DNA from: Chlorokybus atmophyticus | Taxonomy: Eukaryota > Plantae > Mesostigma and Chlorokybus algae | DNA: 64,000 bases | Reading direction: 5' to 3' | Assembly (NCBI GenBank): GCA_009103225.1 | Contig: RHPI01003261.1 | Coordinates: forward strand, 62,001-126,000 | Shown here: positions 27,254-39,260 of the stretch, piece after piece | Position numbering within the stretch: position 1 is the stretch's first letter | Layout of the letters: each line of letters opens with the position of its first letter | Notes under the pieces: generated by a model | Seen by the model: the letters and a program-made list of their open reading frames with translations, nothing else | Databases searched by the model: none | What the model was told of the DNA's origin: nothing | Program-made: the position numbers and the translations under genes

Positions 27254-27677
27254 CAGTATAACCTCGATAAGTGCATATTCGATTAGTGCATAACCGCGTT
27301 TAGGGCATAAATTCGGCCATCACCGACGTCTTCAGGGGCAAGACCTGTGCATTAAGAGCATATGCACTTGTTGATAAGTGCATACTATGAGATGCCTAAC
27401 CTTTGGTGTGTCTATGCACTTATCAAAGTGAATTACGCTTGAGTTACAGACAAATTACGATTACAATGTATAATAGTTACGGTCGTACACATTACAGCGT
27501 AACTCAAGATCAGGTTTACTCAATAAGTGCATAGGTTATGCATTCATGCCAAGCCTAAGTGCATAATGTATGCACATAAAGCGGGTGCATAATTATGCAC
27601 TTAACGACGATGCATAAACGCGATAAGTGCATACATAAGCCTGTTCCCGATGGTATGCACTTATCGAGGTTAGACTG
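27254..27677. mobile_element. pogo/Tigger-like MITE (424 bp)
   Basis: TIRs CAGTATAACCTCGATAAGTGCATA and the reverse complement of TATGCACTTATCGAGGTTAGACTG (1 mismatch in 24). TA on both sides. Multiple internal (A)TAAGTGCATA/TATGCACTTA copies; no ORF. Confidence 0.88.
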
Positions 27678-28179
27678 TAACACAATTTTTTCCGCGGACC
27701 AGCCCTGGTCCGCACGTGCGGACCGGGGTCAAAACACCCGGGCGGCTTAGGGTTCGGACTAGGGTTCCCCGCCTTAGTCTGCACATAAGGACCAGGGCTG
27801 GTCCAAACAATATGTAATTGTCCCACGGTCCCCCGAAAACCGAACCAGGGTTGGTGACGCCAGTTGAACACCGTGTCAAAAAGCAATTGCAAGCGAGTAA
27901 TGTATCGTGTTATTGCTGCTCTAATGCGTAAAAGCATGAGCAATTACTGATTTGAATACTCTATACAATTGTTGCAATTGTTGTCATTTAAGCTAACAGT
28001 GTAGCCTACAACACAATGTATTTAACCGCATATATTATTTGATTTGGCTACACATTACACCTGTGCTATAATGGTGACATCATTCGTGATACTGTTATCA
28101 ACATTGATTTGTGTATTACGTCTCAAATATAACGCATATGTGTAGCACATCTAATGAAATGCACGCTTTGTGGAGTTTA

Positions 28180-28236
28180 CCATGAAGCTAGTGCATAGGT
28201 TTTATGAAGGGCTATGCACATCGTAGAAGGTATAAC
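28180..28236. mobile_element. Degenerate terminal fragment of a related pogo-like element
   Basis: TAGTGCATAGGTT...TATGCACATCGTAGAAGGTATAACTG resembles the MITE right end. Confidence 0.4.
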
Positions 28237-30354
28237 TGAAGTCATCAAGAACAAAACCACGAGTGTCGGACCATGATGGCCACCACTTGAATTCTGCTGG
28301 TCAATCGAGCAACAAATTGAATGATGCATCGTACTGGTAATTGGACACCGAGCCCATTTTCAATTTCGCTATACCGAGGGTTCCCCGCGCTATATTCGGA
28401 CCGCGCGAACGCGACAAGCAGCAACTCTGGCGCGCGACAAGTGCGTGACAAGTGGCGGTAAGCAAGGCAATCTTGAACGAAACGACAGCCCCGCATGTGT
28501 CCCTACTGCCAGCAGGCCACTGGCCACCACTGTGTCGGACCACTGGCATGAGCCTAGGCTAAGCTGGGGTCACGCGACTTTACCTTCCCTCAACATGATC
28601 AATGTCTTGCTCCCATGACATCCAGCACGCACATCATTGCGCAGCTTTAAGGCATACGGCATTCAGTGCGTTAATGAATGCAGAATTGCCGGTATGTACG
28701 AGCTAATCTCCCCTCCCCTCTTCCCTCATCTTAATCTGCGGTGTTGGCATAGATTTTACATAAAATGCAACAATGCAAGTGGCTTACAGGTCTCAGCATT
28801 TGGCGTCACAAGGCATTGCGCGATGTAATGTATTGTAGATATCACTCGTTTATACTATACACATATAAGATCTCTTTCAGTATTAATGTGTTATGTGGCA
28901 TTGAATGAAAGCCATTTAAAGCGATCACGCTCATCAACGGCATGATATGCTTTAAAACAATCGGGAGAAAGGAGTGAAGGCGACAATATACAGCCACGCA
29001 AGTTGCTTTGCCAAAGCTGTGTTCAGTACGGTATTAAAATCAAAATATACGAGTTGCATAACAAACGCAACTCGACATGCAATTTAACCCTCGACGACAG
29101 AATATGTTGGACACAGAGGCGATTACTATTACCAGTATTGCAATTATATGCATATTTCACCAATGCGACAGTTTTAGATGAAAGGAGCCACAAGCTGGCT
29201 TGGTGTAAAGTGACAAATGTGCATTTTAGGTCGCTGAGGACTCCTCACGAAGGAAATCATGCGAAGGCAACACCCGGTGCGAAACGACCCCTATGTTATG
29301 ATGAAATGTGACTTTGCTGCTAGGCGCTCCCGACCTACACTCGACCATCGGATTCTGCCACTGCGGACCGAATCTGGTACATACAGAGTGTCATCTTCCC
29401 ACAAGACAAGAACAGTCACCGGTTTTCCCGCCCGAATCGAGCACTTTCGCCTCGCACGTGAGTCGATCGTGGTGACGAGACAGGCCTGTTTTGTTCAACA
29501 TGCGTCGTGCACCTGTCCCTTGTTTGACCTTGTCCGAGGGGCAGCCGATGACGAGGGACATGTGTGCAGTCCCTAGTCCCGACAAATATCAAACGGAAGA
29601 CTAACTTGCCGTGGTTGCGGTTACGTCACAGCAACAAAATGCAAGTTAATGAGGTTGACCGGGCAGATAAACAGCAGGAAACGGCTCAGCTGCCACATAA
29701 AAGTTTACTTTATACTATATTTTATATACAGTGGTTGGTGTGGCAGCCCTGCTTTGTGGCGGTGACAGGGGGGGGAGTGTAATAAACTCAACGTTTGTAT
29801 TGTCCAGCTTTGAAACCGCTGCGCTGTATGACACATTGCAGTTCAACTTGTGCTTCAAAGTAACTTGCACTGTTACGCCACAGACTGCCCTATGGCTTCC
29901 ATAGTAGACTCCTTCTTTAGGGAGGTGTACTGTACTACACTGTAGTATACTAGGCTTGAGTCTGGTCTAGAGCGTTACGGCCTAAGCCCCGACCAGGCCA
30001 CAAGGTAGCCTTCTCTCACTTAGGCGGCGCTATCCACGTGGCAGCCACAGAGCGAGTCTGTGCTTTTCCTCGTTCCGCCTCTCTGCTGCGCTTGCGTTTT
30101 ATTTTACCAATTCTTTTTCTGTCTCGTGTCTGTCTGTCTGTTTGCTCCAATGGCTACCACCAGCAGCATGATGGCCAGGGCTAGGCCTTTATATACCAGG
30201 CCTGAGCTTGCACCAGACCACAGGCATCATTGCCAGGCAGGAACAGACGCCACAGCTGCTCCGCCTGTTGCTCGTCGTGTAGGACTTAGCCGCCAGGAGG
30301 CTTGTTGTCTTTTGTGGGAGCGTAGGTGTGGTAGTCTTGCACACGCTTGGCGCC

Positions 30355-32238
30355 ATGGCTGCCAGGGTTGCTACTGTAGTAGTAGTAGTAGCTGTTGTCC
30401 TGTTGACCACCTCCTTCGCCTCATGCAGCGCCTCCTCCTCCTCCTCCTCCTCCTCCTTTGCGTCCACCTCAGTAGCAGCCCAAATTGGCCGCTGGTTCCT
30501 GAGAGGCAACCCCATTGCCGGTAAGCACAAGTCCCTCCCCTAACACAAACCCACATATCCACACACCTACATACCCACATTGCTCACCCAACCCAACATG
30601 TCCAACACATGTCAAATAGTACTCACCCGCCTCTCTCTCTCTCTCAGCAGACACGCAGTCTCTCTCCCCTCAGCCCAACAACGACACAGCATCCCCACAT
30701 AGGCGTTCCCTGTTAGCAACAGATTGCCGCGCTGGCGACACATTAGCTCTAAAGTCATATGGCACAAACTCCCCCTCTGGTCCCGGCACCCCCGTGTCGA
30801 GCTTCGCGTACTCCAACGTCGGCGGAAGCGGCACGTACAACAGCGTGGTCAACATGCAGAGCGCACCCGTGTGGCCGCCGCCGTGCGCACTGCCAAGCGC
30901 CGCATCATGCGTCAAAGCACCAAGAGTGAGTGTGTTTGTTGGGAGTGTTGGTTGTTACTCAACCCAACATGTGGACTCATGTGTGTATGCGTGGTTACAG
31001 GTGTCCAAGGGTGTTCTTGCCCCGTTTCATGAGGAGCAGTCTATGCACTTCAGGGGTCCACTGGAGCTGTACAACCTTGCTGTGTATTATCCCAATGGGC
31101 AGGGCTCGTGGAAGCGCGTGTCCAACTTTGACCGCTGCAGGTGGGTGGGGATGCGACACAACAATTGCACACATACACATTGTGTGGAACTTCAACTTCG
31201 ACTTCAACTTCATGCATGAGGCTCACTGTGTGTTTTTGCAATTGCAGTCAGTCCAACATGGGATTCCTCAACAACAAGGGCGGCGGCCCCTCCGGCGTGT
31301 ACACAGTATGTGGCGGGTCGAGCCAAAGTTGGGCTTCAGCCGATGGAAAACAGCCCGAAAAATCAAACACACGCTTCTCGGGCTCACTCGCAGCAGACGT
31401 AGAGGTGAGTATATCTGACACACACACCCACAACTTGCGACACACAAACCAACATGCAACTAACTCACCTCCATGGGTCTCAGGTCAATGCGATGACGGG
31501 TCAGGCTTGCACGGGTTCCGCGTGCGGGTTCTTCCGGGGTGTGGGACAGAGAGGGTGGGCGGGGAATGCCAAGGGTGAGAAGATGTTCGTGCTGAGGTTG
31601 AGGATGCCGAAGGCGGGAGGGACCGACACGCCCGCGGTGTGGCTACTCAATGCACAGGTACGGAAGTTACACACGCATCATGCATGTGTGTGCCAATGTG
31701 TGAATGCGCGCATGCGCATGTATGCCTGAGTGCGCTTGTGCATGCACACATGCATGCACGTGTGTGTGTGTGTGTGTGGGTGGGTGTGGGTGGGTACAAT
31801 TGTGTGCGTGCGCGTGTGTGTGTGCTTGTCTGCATGCGTACACGCAGGCGAGTGTGCATTGCATCGATGCACATGTTGCTTACCACACCATTCTTCCCAC
31901 AGGTCCCTCGTTCCGCCCAATACGGTTGCAACTGCCGCGGCATGGGCGGCGACGGCGGTTGCGGCGAGTTGGACATCATGGAAGTCCTCACCGATCCTTC
32001 TCGCAAGTCCCAATGCATCAGTCAAATCTACTCTTTCAAGGGTTCCACTGGCACGGGTGCCCACTACTTCATCCGACCCGTGAACAAAGCCGTGACGGTG
32101 TTTGTTGTCTTTGGAGCAGATGGGATGGTGAAGATATCGACCGCGGGGGCGGATAGTTTCGGGTTCCCGAGATACGTGCAGCAGAATGCGATATCGAGGC
32201 AGTTCTTCGCGCGCACGCAGGCTTCAGTCATCTTCTGA
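30355..32238 (+). CDS. Secreted TOS1/YJL171C-like (DUF2403+DUF2401) putative GH16-type glucanase
   Basis: Signal peptide MAARVATVVVVVAVVLLTTSFA. FAYSNVGGSGTYNSV, LAPFHEEQSMHFRGPLELYNLAVY, FLNNKGG, KMFVLRLRMP, PAVWLLNAQVPRSAQYGCNCRG and GCGELDIMEV (ExDxxE). Confidence 0.85.
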
Positions 32239-33329
32239 GTGGGTTGTGTTAAAAACCACACGCGTGACACACCGCTTGTGTGTCACGCTTGTGTGTAGCA
32301 GCGTAGGGGAGGGGAGTGTATGGGTGTATGGTATGGTGGACTGGAGTGAAGTGTATTGTGTGTTAGCAATTGTATTACTCCTGTACTATGGAGATATACC
32401 TCAGCCGCAGCTACCTCCAATTTTTGATTAGGGGGACTGCGTGCTAGTTGTAGCCGGCGTAGATACTGTTATAGTTTTGGTGTAGAGTAGCCCAATGCAG
32501 GGGAAGGTGGTTATGTACGCAAACCTGGCAAGAGCTGAAGGAGTTGTCTGAAGATGAATGTGCCAGCTGCAGCGGGAAGAGTCCAGGAGGAGAGAATAGT
32601 TACTAATAGGTTGTTACTACTATTACTACTGCAGTGCAGGCAACTACTGCACCCGGGCACTATGCCCATGCAACTGATTATAGCCGATAATGGTGATGTG
32701 TATGGCAACTTGTGGCTTTGTGTGCTTTGCGACATGTGACAGTTCAATTCCTCTTTGTGCTGTGGTTGCGACCATGCATGCTGAGGACATGCATGAATTG
32801 CACACATAGCATGAAGTTGACATCTTGGCCATAATATGACCAGGTGAGTGCACGCATAGGGCTTAACAAACTTCCCCGCCAAGTGATGGTGATGACCAGA
32901 CTAGAACACACCATGCACACTGACTTACGGCCACCATCATTGCACGGACCAGCTACTTAGTGCAACTGCTACGATGCGGATACCTATGTCCCTGTGCAAT
33001 GCATCTATGACTTGTTGCTTGCACACGCACTTCAATGACCACTACCATGTGCCAGCCTGTGACTATAGCGCAGCACAGCAGCTGTTCGCACAGAAGCTGA
33101 TCTAGTGTGTCAGCACAGTATGTTGCAAGACCACCAACGACACGTACACAAACATCCTCCGCCTCTGCTGGGAGAGTAAGTTTGACAAAGACCCCTCCAA
33201 ACCAGTACACACGCCAAAGACATCAGAAGCAAGCACCATATAATAATAAAGTTTAGCTGCATATGCACTGGCGTTTGTCCAAGGAATGTATACACAAGGC
33301 AGCATTAACACAACCTGTCTGCGGCGACG

Positions 33330-35173
33330 CTACCCGCGTCCCGCGAGCACGTCCGGCTGACCATTGTTGCCCTTTGTCGAGGGCGCCTGGCTGTAAAACT
33401 TCGACCGGGTTGTCGGCACGACGGGTACAACACTGGCCGGTAACTTCTTCTCTTGAGCAGAAGTTAGCTGTTTCGGGTTTGGGTTGATCACCGCCACCTT
33501 CTTCGCAACACCCTTGTTATTATTGTTGGCAGCATTGACCTTGATAGGCACACTCTTGTTCGTGCTGTTTCGCTGCTGCTGGTGAGTGTGTGCCACCTTC
33601 AACACAATTGCTGCAGCCCCAACAACTACCCCGAGCTTGATCAACAGTCCAAACCTCGAGCCCGAGCGGTTGTCTTTGGGTTGTGCGCCTACCGGCCTCG
33701 TAGCGGGTGGCTTCGGAGCTGATGTTGGAGGAGGGGGAGTTGTTGTTGTTGTGTCGGGTCGGGATGTTGGCGGGTGAGCTCGCGTGTTGGCTGTAGCTGC
33801 GGGTGTTGCTGTTGGAGGCTGAGGGGGGTTGCTGTTGGGTGGGGGGATGACGTCGGCGACCATACGGCCCTCATCGTCGCTCATCATGTTCTCGTCCGTG
33901 TGCGTCGGGCTGGCGAGGTTGACTTGCTCGTCTCCGTCCCGTAGCAGCCTTCCCTCCACCCTGGCTCTGCAAGACAGGGTAATGCATGTTGGGTGGTTGA
34001 TGCAATGTGTGACAGAGTGCACACGTGCAAGCATGTGCACGTACGGTCACACCCATGACAACGAGCGAATGCACATGCACATGTGTTTGCCCAATGTTTG
34101 TCCATGCTCGACCGTGCTCACACATACACACGTGCACACACGCGCACACAAGCCTGCACGCGAGCATTAACACACCTTGTGGGGGTTGAGGCGGAGGTCT
34201 TAGCTCGAGGGGCGCTCCTGACTTGTGGCTTGTTGGGTGTCACTGGTGCTGTCACAGCTGCAGCAAGCACACGACATGTGTGAGTGCAAGTGCGAGGGAA
34301 TTACCCTCCCCCCCAAACCCAACAGTGGTACACATTTCTCACTGTGAGACAAACCTGCCGGTTCGGGTACAGGTGCCGCTGAAATGGGCTCGGGCCTGAA
34401 CGATGTGTAGTTGTTCGGCCTGTTGATGCTGGCTGTCTCTGATAAGAAGGAATCCACCGCGCCTGGAGTGCCATCCTGCAAAAGCCACCAATGATGTTTG
34501 ACAAATCCCACCTGCTGTGCCAACAAAACAGCACGTCACGACACGTGCTTACATGTCCTTCTTGAAGAAGACGCACCAGAGCGCTCCGGCTTTCGTCAAT
34601 CGAGCTGAGAGCTGCCGCCTGTGTGCAAATGACAACACAAGAAAACAACACTGAGATATGACAAGCTCTTAGTCTTGAGCAAATGTAGTAGTACCCAGCA
34701 TGCAGCGCACATGTCGACCACTGCAGATGCATTGCGACAGTAACTCGCATGCAGCGTGTGAGCAATCAACACTACGGATGGAGATATGCCACACAAATAG
34801 AGACACCGCACGCTGCTCGCGTTAAGCACGCGGGTAGCTGTATGCGTTACGACGAAAAGTATTTAGAAAGCAAGAAATTGAACCTACCCACACAGGCATA
34901 CACATATGCATAAATGCACAGGTGCAAAGGGGGGAGAGTGCATGCCTGTTCAAGTCGCTGCTGCAGCTCAATGGCGTTCATCTGTCGCAGCTGCGCTTCA
35001 AGCGAGTCGAGTGCGAGGCGGACGCTGCTGAGTCGCTCACCGCTGGCGGCGCCTGAGGGAGAGTCCGCCAGGCTGTTGGTGTAGTCATACTCGTAGTCGC
35101 CGCTTGCCCCTGCCCCTGAACCAGGCCGCATGCCAGACGCCGACGACCGCACCTCAGACGACGCGTCGCCCAT
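33330..35173 (-). CDS. PDV: PLASTID DIVISION (PDV1/PDV2)-like outer-envelope protein, 5 exons, predicted 377 aa
   Basis: Exons 35173-34946, 34618-34553, 34475-34355, 34257-34176 and 33966-33330 join in frame. Coiled coil ERLSSVRLALDSLEAQLRQMNAIELQQRLEQAAALSSIDESRSALVRLLQE, one TM (FGLLIKLGVVVGAAAIVLKV), C-terminus PDVLAGRG*. Confidence 0.8.
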
Positions 35174-36138
35174 GCTGTGGTCTTGTGGCCTGGCTCGGCG
35201 TGGCCTGGCCTAGGGCTGGCCTAGTCCGCAAGACAGCAGGCTGCAAGAAACGGTCAGGCTTCTTTCAGCTCACAACTACGACGGCGCGAACAGGTAGTCA
35301 CAGTTGAAGGAGACGTACAAGCCCAGATCCCAGCTCCTGCTCCTCCACGCCAACCACACCCCCTTCAACTACACCCTCCCCGCCGCCGCCTGCTCCACCG
35401 TCCAAACCACTGCGCCAGACACGGCACCGCAAATTCTTGCCGGAATAACCGCGAGGAAACCAGCTAACGTACATTTTCCGTTAGCGCATATTGCTCCAAC
35501 CTTCACCAACGACGTGTTATGCCGGTTTGCGGTATGTGATGACGTTGAGGTAGTCAAGTGCGTGGTTGCTCGTTTCGCGCCACATTCCTCATTGGCGCGA
35601 AAGCCGTCAGCAATTCAAGCAATTGAACCTTTGCATTGATGACTCGCAGTCTCGCAGTCGGTTTCGGGAGGAGGCGGCCATCCTTGCGCGCCCGGATCCC
35701 CGTTTCCCATACGGTGAGTTTCGCACATCCATGGTGAGTTTCGCACATCCACTCACACCTTCTTGGCTGGCCATACTCACTCCCGGCACACGTTCAGCTC
35801 GCCTCTCGCATGATGCCGGCAACATTGTTGGTTGGGCTATTAGCTTGTTAGTGTCCGAGACGAGCATATAACGGTCTGTATGTGTCACGGTCATCGCATT
35901 GTGACTTACAACGCTGTGCGCAACATTGTTGTCGGCATCGTGCGAGCGACGAGCAGTCCGTTGCGAGCATACATTTTGTGCCCTGTCCGTGAGCGTCAAG
36001 ATCGGCGTATGAAAATCATTGCTCAGGAGCGGGGTTCAGACTCACGCATGCTTCTTCACGTCACCATTACAGGCAAGCACCACTTAGCGGGATATCAATC
36101 ATCTGCACAGTGCGGAGCGCGAAAAGCGCTCCTAGCTC

Positions 36139-37020
36139 TTAAACCATTTCCCGACGGATAAGATGTTTACGTTGGCAATCAAGTTGCACGGTTGTATGAG
36201 TTGCCAATTGATGGACTTGTTGGCCACTTTTGCACGCCGAGCATTCGGTGCTCGTGGGTTGGAGATGCGATGTCCATCGCGCTTTGTGACTGTCTTGCGC
36301 CAGCGCATATGTGTCCCACAGAGCGCAGGCCACCGGCATTATGGCTAGCTGCAGCGCATGGAGGCCCCTCCTTGCATGTGCATGATGGACATGTAGCTTT
36401 TGAGGATTACTCGTATGCAGCCTACTGTACGATTGCAACATGTATCTTGGTAGAGTAGCGTCGGACACTACAGACCACAAACGCTGATTGGCACTCATGT
36501 AATGTATGCATTCAAACACTCTTCGCATTTCTGCAAGTAGTGGGCGAAGGCGATGGCGATGGGGCTGGCGGCGATGTCCTCAATTTCCTTCACCTCCGCC
36601 TGGCCGGCCGCCCCCCGTACATGAAGCACGGCTTCCGCTAAACTGTCGAGGTGCTCACTAACCTGCTCAGCAATTGCTTGCTTGCTATCAAGCTACAAAT
36701 GCAGATGTGCTTGTGGGAAGGCGGATGCATTCGTAAAAGGCGTTAAGCTTCATCAACAACTTAATACCGGTGTATTGTTGTAGCCTACATGAGGTCATCA
36801 TGTGCCCCATAGCGACGATCAAAACCGCAAAATGTCTAGTTGCGGTGCCCACGGATAGCGGGGGGTTTATCATGAGGGGGTCACCCGCGAACCGAACGCC
36901 GGACCTCCTGCACCACATGTGCTTGTGCTTGTGGGAGAGATCACAATTGCAAAGCTCACAAAACTGCCTGCAGCTTGCCAAGCACTGCATGAATACAATT
37001 ATGCAGTGCATGATTACAAC
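36139..37020 (-). pseudogene. Possible degenerate coding sequence of unknown family
   Basis: Protein-like stretches (QVSEHLDSLAEAVLHVRGAAGQAEVKEIEDIAASPIAIAFAHYLQKCEE; the 129-aa ORF at 36139-36528) in shifting frames. No recognised motif. Confidence 0.2.
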
Positions 37021-37069
37021 CATGCAATTGTAGCATTTTCATGTCATGTTCAATTTGCTCATGTCTTTT

Positions 37070-37071
<2 letters not shown>

Positions 37072-37116
<45 letters not shown>
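37072..37116 (+). repeat. (GA)n microsatellite
   Basis: About 22 GA units. Confidence 0.95.
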
Positions 37117-37117
<1 letters not shown>

Positions 37118-37196
37118 CATTGTGCAAATGTCTATGTATGCCATGTACAACATGTCACGCAATGGGTATGCAATCACATATACCTGCACGTTGCTG

Positions 37197-37385
37197 CAGG
37201 TGATTCCCTTGCTGCTTGCTGCTGCTCCCCTTCCCCCTCTCCCTCGGTCTATAGCTAGTGCATTCAGCTATAGCTTAGTGGGGCCCCCCACGCCGTTGTA
37301 TTGTCCTTGCTTGCTGGCTATGTGCGCTATGGAGAAGGTTTGCTGTACTTGCTTGTTCGACTAACCCCGATCTGTTGTGTACTAT
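37197..37385 (+). repeat. Dispersed ~190-bp repeat, copy 1
   Basis: CAGGTGATTCC...GGTCTATAGCTA..GCA..AGCTA.AGCTTAGTGGGGCCCCCCAC...ATCTGTTGTG is shared with 42810-42998. Confidence 0.85.
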
Positions 37386-38050
37386 ACACGTATGTTACTG
37401 TTCCACTTTCACTAAGACACTTTGCTCCAACCCCGGAATTCAATACTTTGCAAATGCAGAGCCAATGATGGATACTTGCTGTGCATGGCCCATCATGCAG
37501 CTCAGGTGCCTGCATGCATAGGGGCAGCAGTGGTAGGGTTAGAAGCAGTCGGTAGGTAGCATGCAGGCGCCCGAGCCCAATGCTCGAGTGGTTGTGGTGA
37601 TTGTAACATTGCATGTGCGCTTAGCTGTGCATGTACGAATTGCCTCATGCATCTTTTGTACACTTGGATCATGTATGACTTTCTGTGTACAACCTCGGCA
37701 ACAATAAACCCACACCCACCTCCACCTCACTACCCGTGGGCTAGGAGATAGTGGCGCATGTTTTCTTGCAGCTCTTGAATGCATTGTGCATTGCAATGCG
37801 CTTCTCCAACAGCTTATGCAGCGCGCAATCAACACTTCCAAAGACGCCGCCATGAAAGATGACTTTCGTGCACAACACAGCCCACTAGCGTTCATTGGTG
37901 CGACTTGCAGCACAACCGAACAGTAAACAATGTACACACCAATCTTGCAGCAGCCACCAAGCCAACATGACCGAAGAGCAATGGCAAGCTATAAGAATGC
38001 TGCAGGAAAGCCTGCAAGCTCTAATCTTGTTACATATGTTGAACTGCTGC

Positions 38051-39089
38051 TTAAATGCCAAGGGCCTCACTCATGGCTGTGTGCACCTGCGCAAGGGCAA
38101 ACAACATCAAGCACGGACAAGTTGCAGGTACATATTGACGAATTGACGAAAAACGACAACGTGGTCAAGGAGGGAGGAAATCCCCCTTTTACCTCAATAC
38201 CGATCTCAGCAATAGCTTGCTCTTGTTCCGTGCCGCTCTCAGCCTTGCGGGTATACTCAGCAAGACCTCGCTTGACGGCTTCAGGGTCGAGGTCCTTCAA
38301 GTTGACAGCCTCGACAACAACAACGTCGGCGCTGGAGTCAGCATGCACAAAAGCGAAGCCGCTGCTCACAAAGAGCTCCTCAACACTGTCGCCATCGTGA
38401 ATGCTCACGACTCCGGGCCGCAGTTGAGTCGCAGTGGGAACCTTGCCAGGCTCCACACCCAAGTAGCCTGCAGCTGATGGGAGCACAACCATGTCAACCT
38501 GCATGTATACAGTGTGGCTTGGTCAGTCCCAAGTCATGACCGCAGAGTGCAGAGGAGGGTTCAAACACAATACCTTCCTGTCTTCGTACTTGACTTCATG
38601 TGGCATGTAGAAGTTCAACAGGAGCTTCTCAGGGATAGCATCTGTTTTGGGTAGTTCAATTTTGCTGTGTTCCATGAAATCTGCAAGTCGCTTGGGAGGG
38701 TCCAAATTGGGCACGACCTGTTATGCAACCTGTTTTAGGAGCAGCATGCGGACGCCACCAACAACCAACAAGCGCAGAAGAAGCTGGCCAAATCTCCAAA
38801 TGGTGAGCATGATAGAAATAAGCATGGGCCTGATCAAAGCCTAATCAACCTCTGATCACATCTGCATGCAGTGCAGTGCAGTGCAGTACGTAAAGCAACC
38901 ATACCCCATAACATGCGCTGCATTGCAATGTGAGAGCACCGTCGTTGGGTCAACCATACCCACCTTCTTCCATTCCGAGGCAAAGTCCTTGACGACTCTG
39001 GGTGCCTCTGAGCTGACGAGCTGGTCCTCGCTTTGGCGCAGCACCCTGCTCGCGCGGGAAAACGCCCGCACGCTGTGCCTGAGCAACAT
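38051..39089 (-). CDS. ATP16: Mitochondrial ATP synthase F1 delta (delta') subunit
   Basis: Presequence MLLRHSVRAFSRASRVLR. KLLLNFYMPHE, VDMVVLPSAAGYLGVEPGKVPT, LRPGVVSIHDG, FVSSGFAFVHADS, DLDPEAVKRGL. Final exon VHTAMSEALGI*. Confidence 0.95.
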
Positions 39090-39112
39090 CCTGAAGGGGC
39101 GCACTTGACGTA

Positions 39113-39260
39113 CCCTAAACCCACGTTAACCGCTTCTAGCAAAATTTTCGTCCTCCAAGAATCGTCCTCAGCGGGGCCCCGCCGCCTCCGCCCCGAACCA
39201 GGACGCCTATGCCCACGCCTACAGCCACGCCAATGACCACAGCCACAGCATTAGGGTTTT
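39113..39260. promoter_or_regulatory. Telo-box-like motifs in the ATP16/CLN3 divergent promoter
   Basis: CCCTAAACCC at 39113-39122 and TAGGGTTT at 39252-39259. Confidence 0.5.

Noticed and set aside
30034-30042. G-box/ABRE CCACGTGGC upstream of the TOS1-like gene
   Set aside because: A single short motif; chance occurrence cannot be excluded.
37270-37300. Helitron 3' hairpin
   Set aside because: No CTRR terminus at the expected distance and no matching 5' TC end found.
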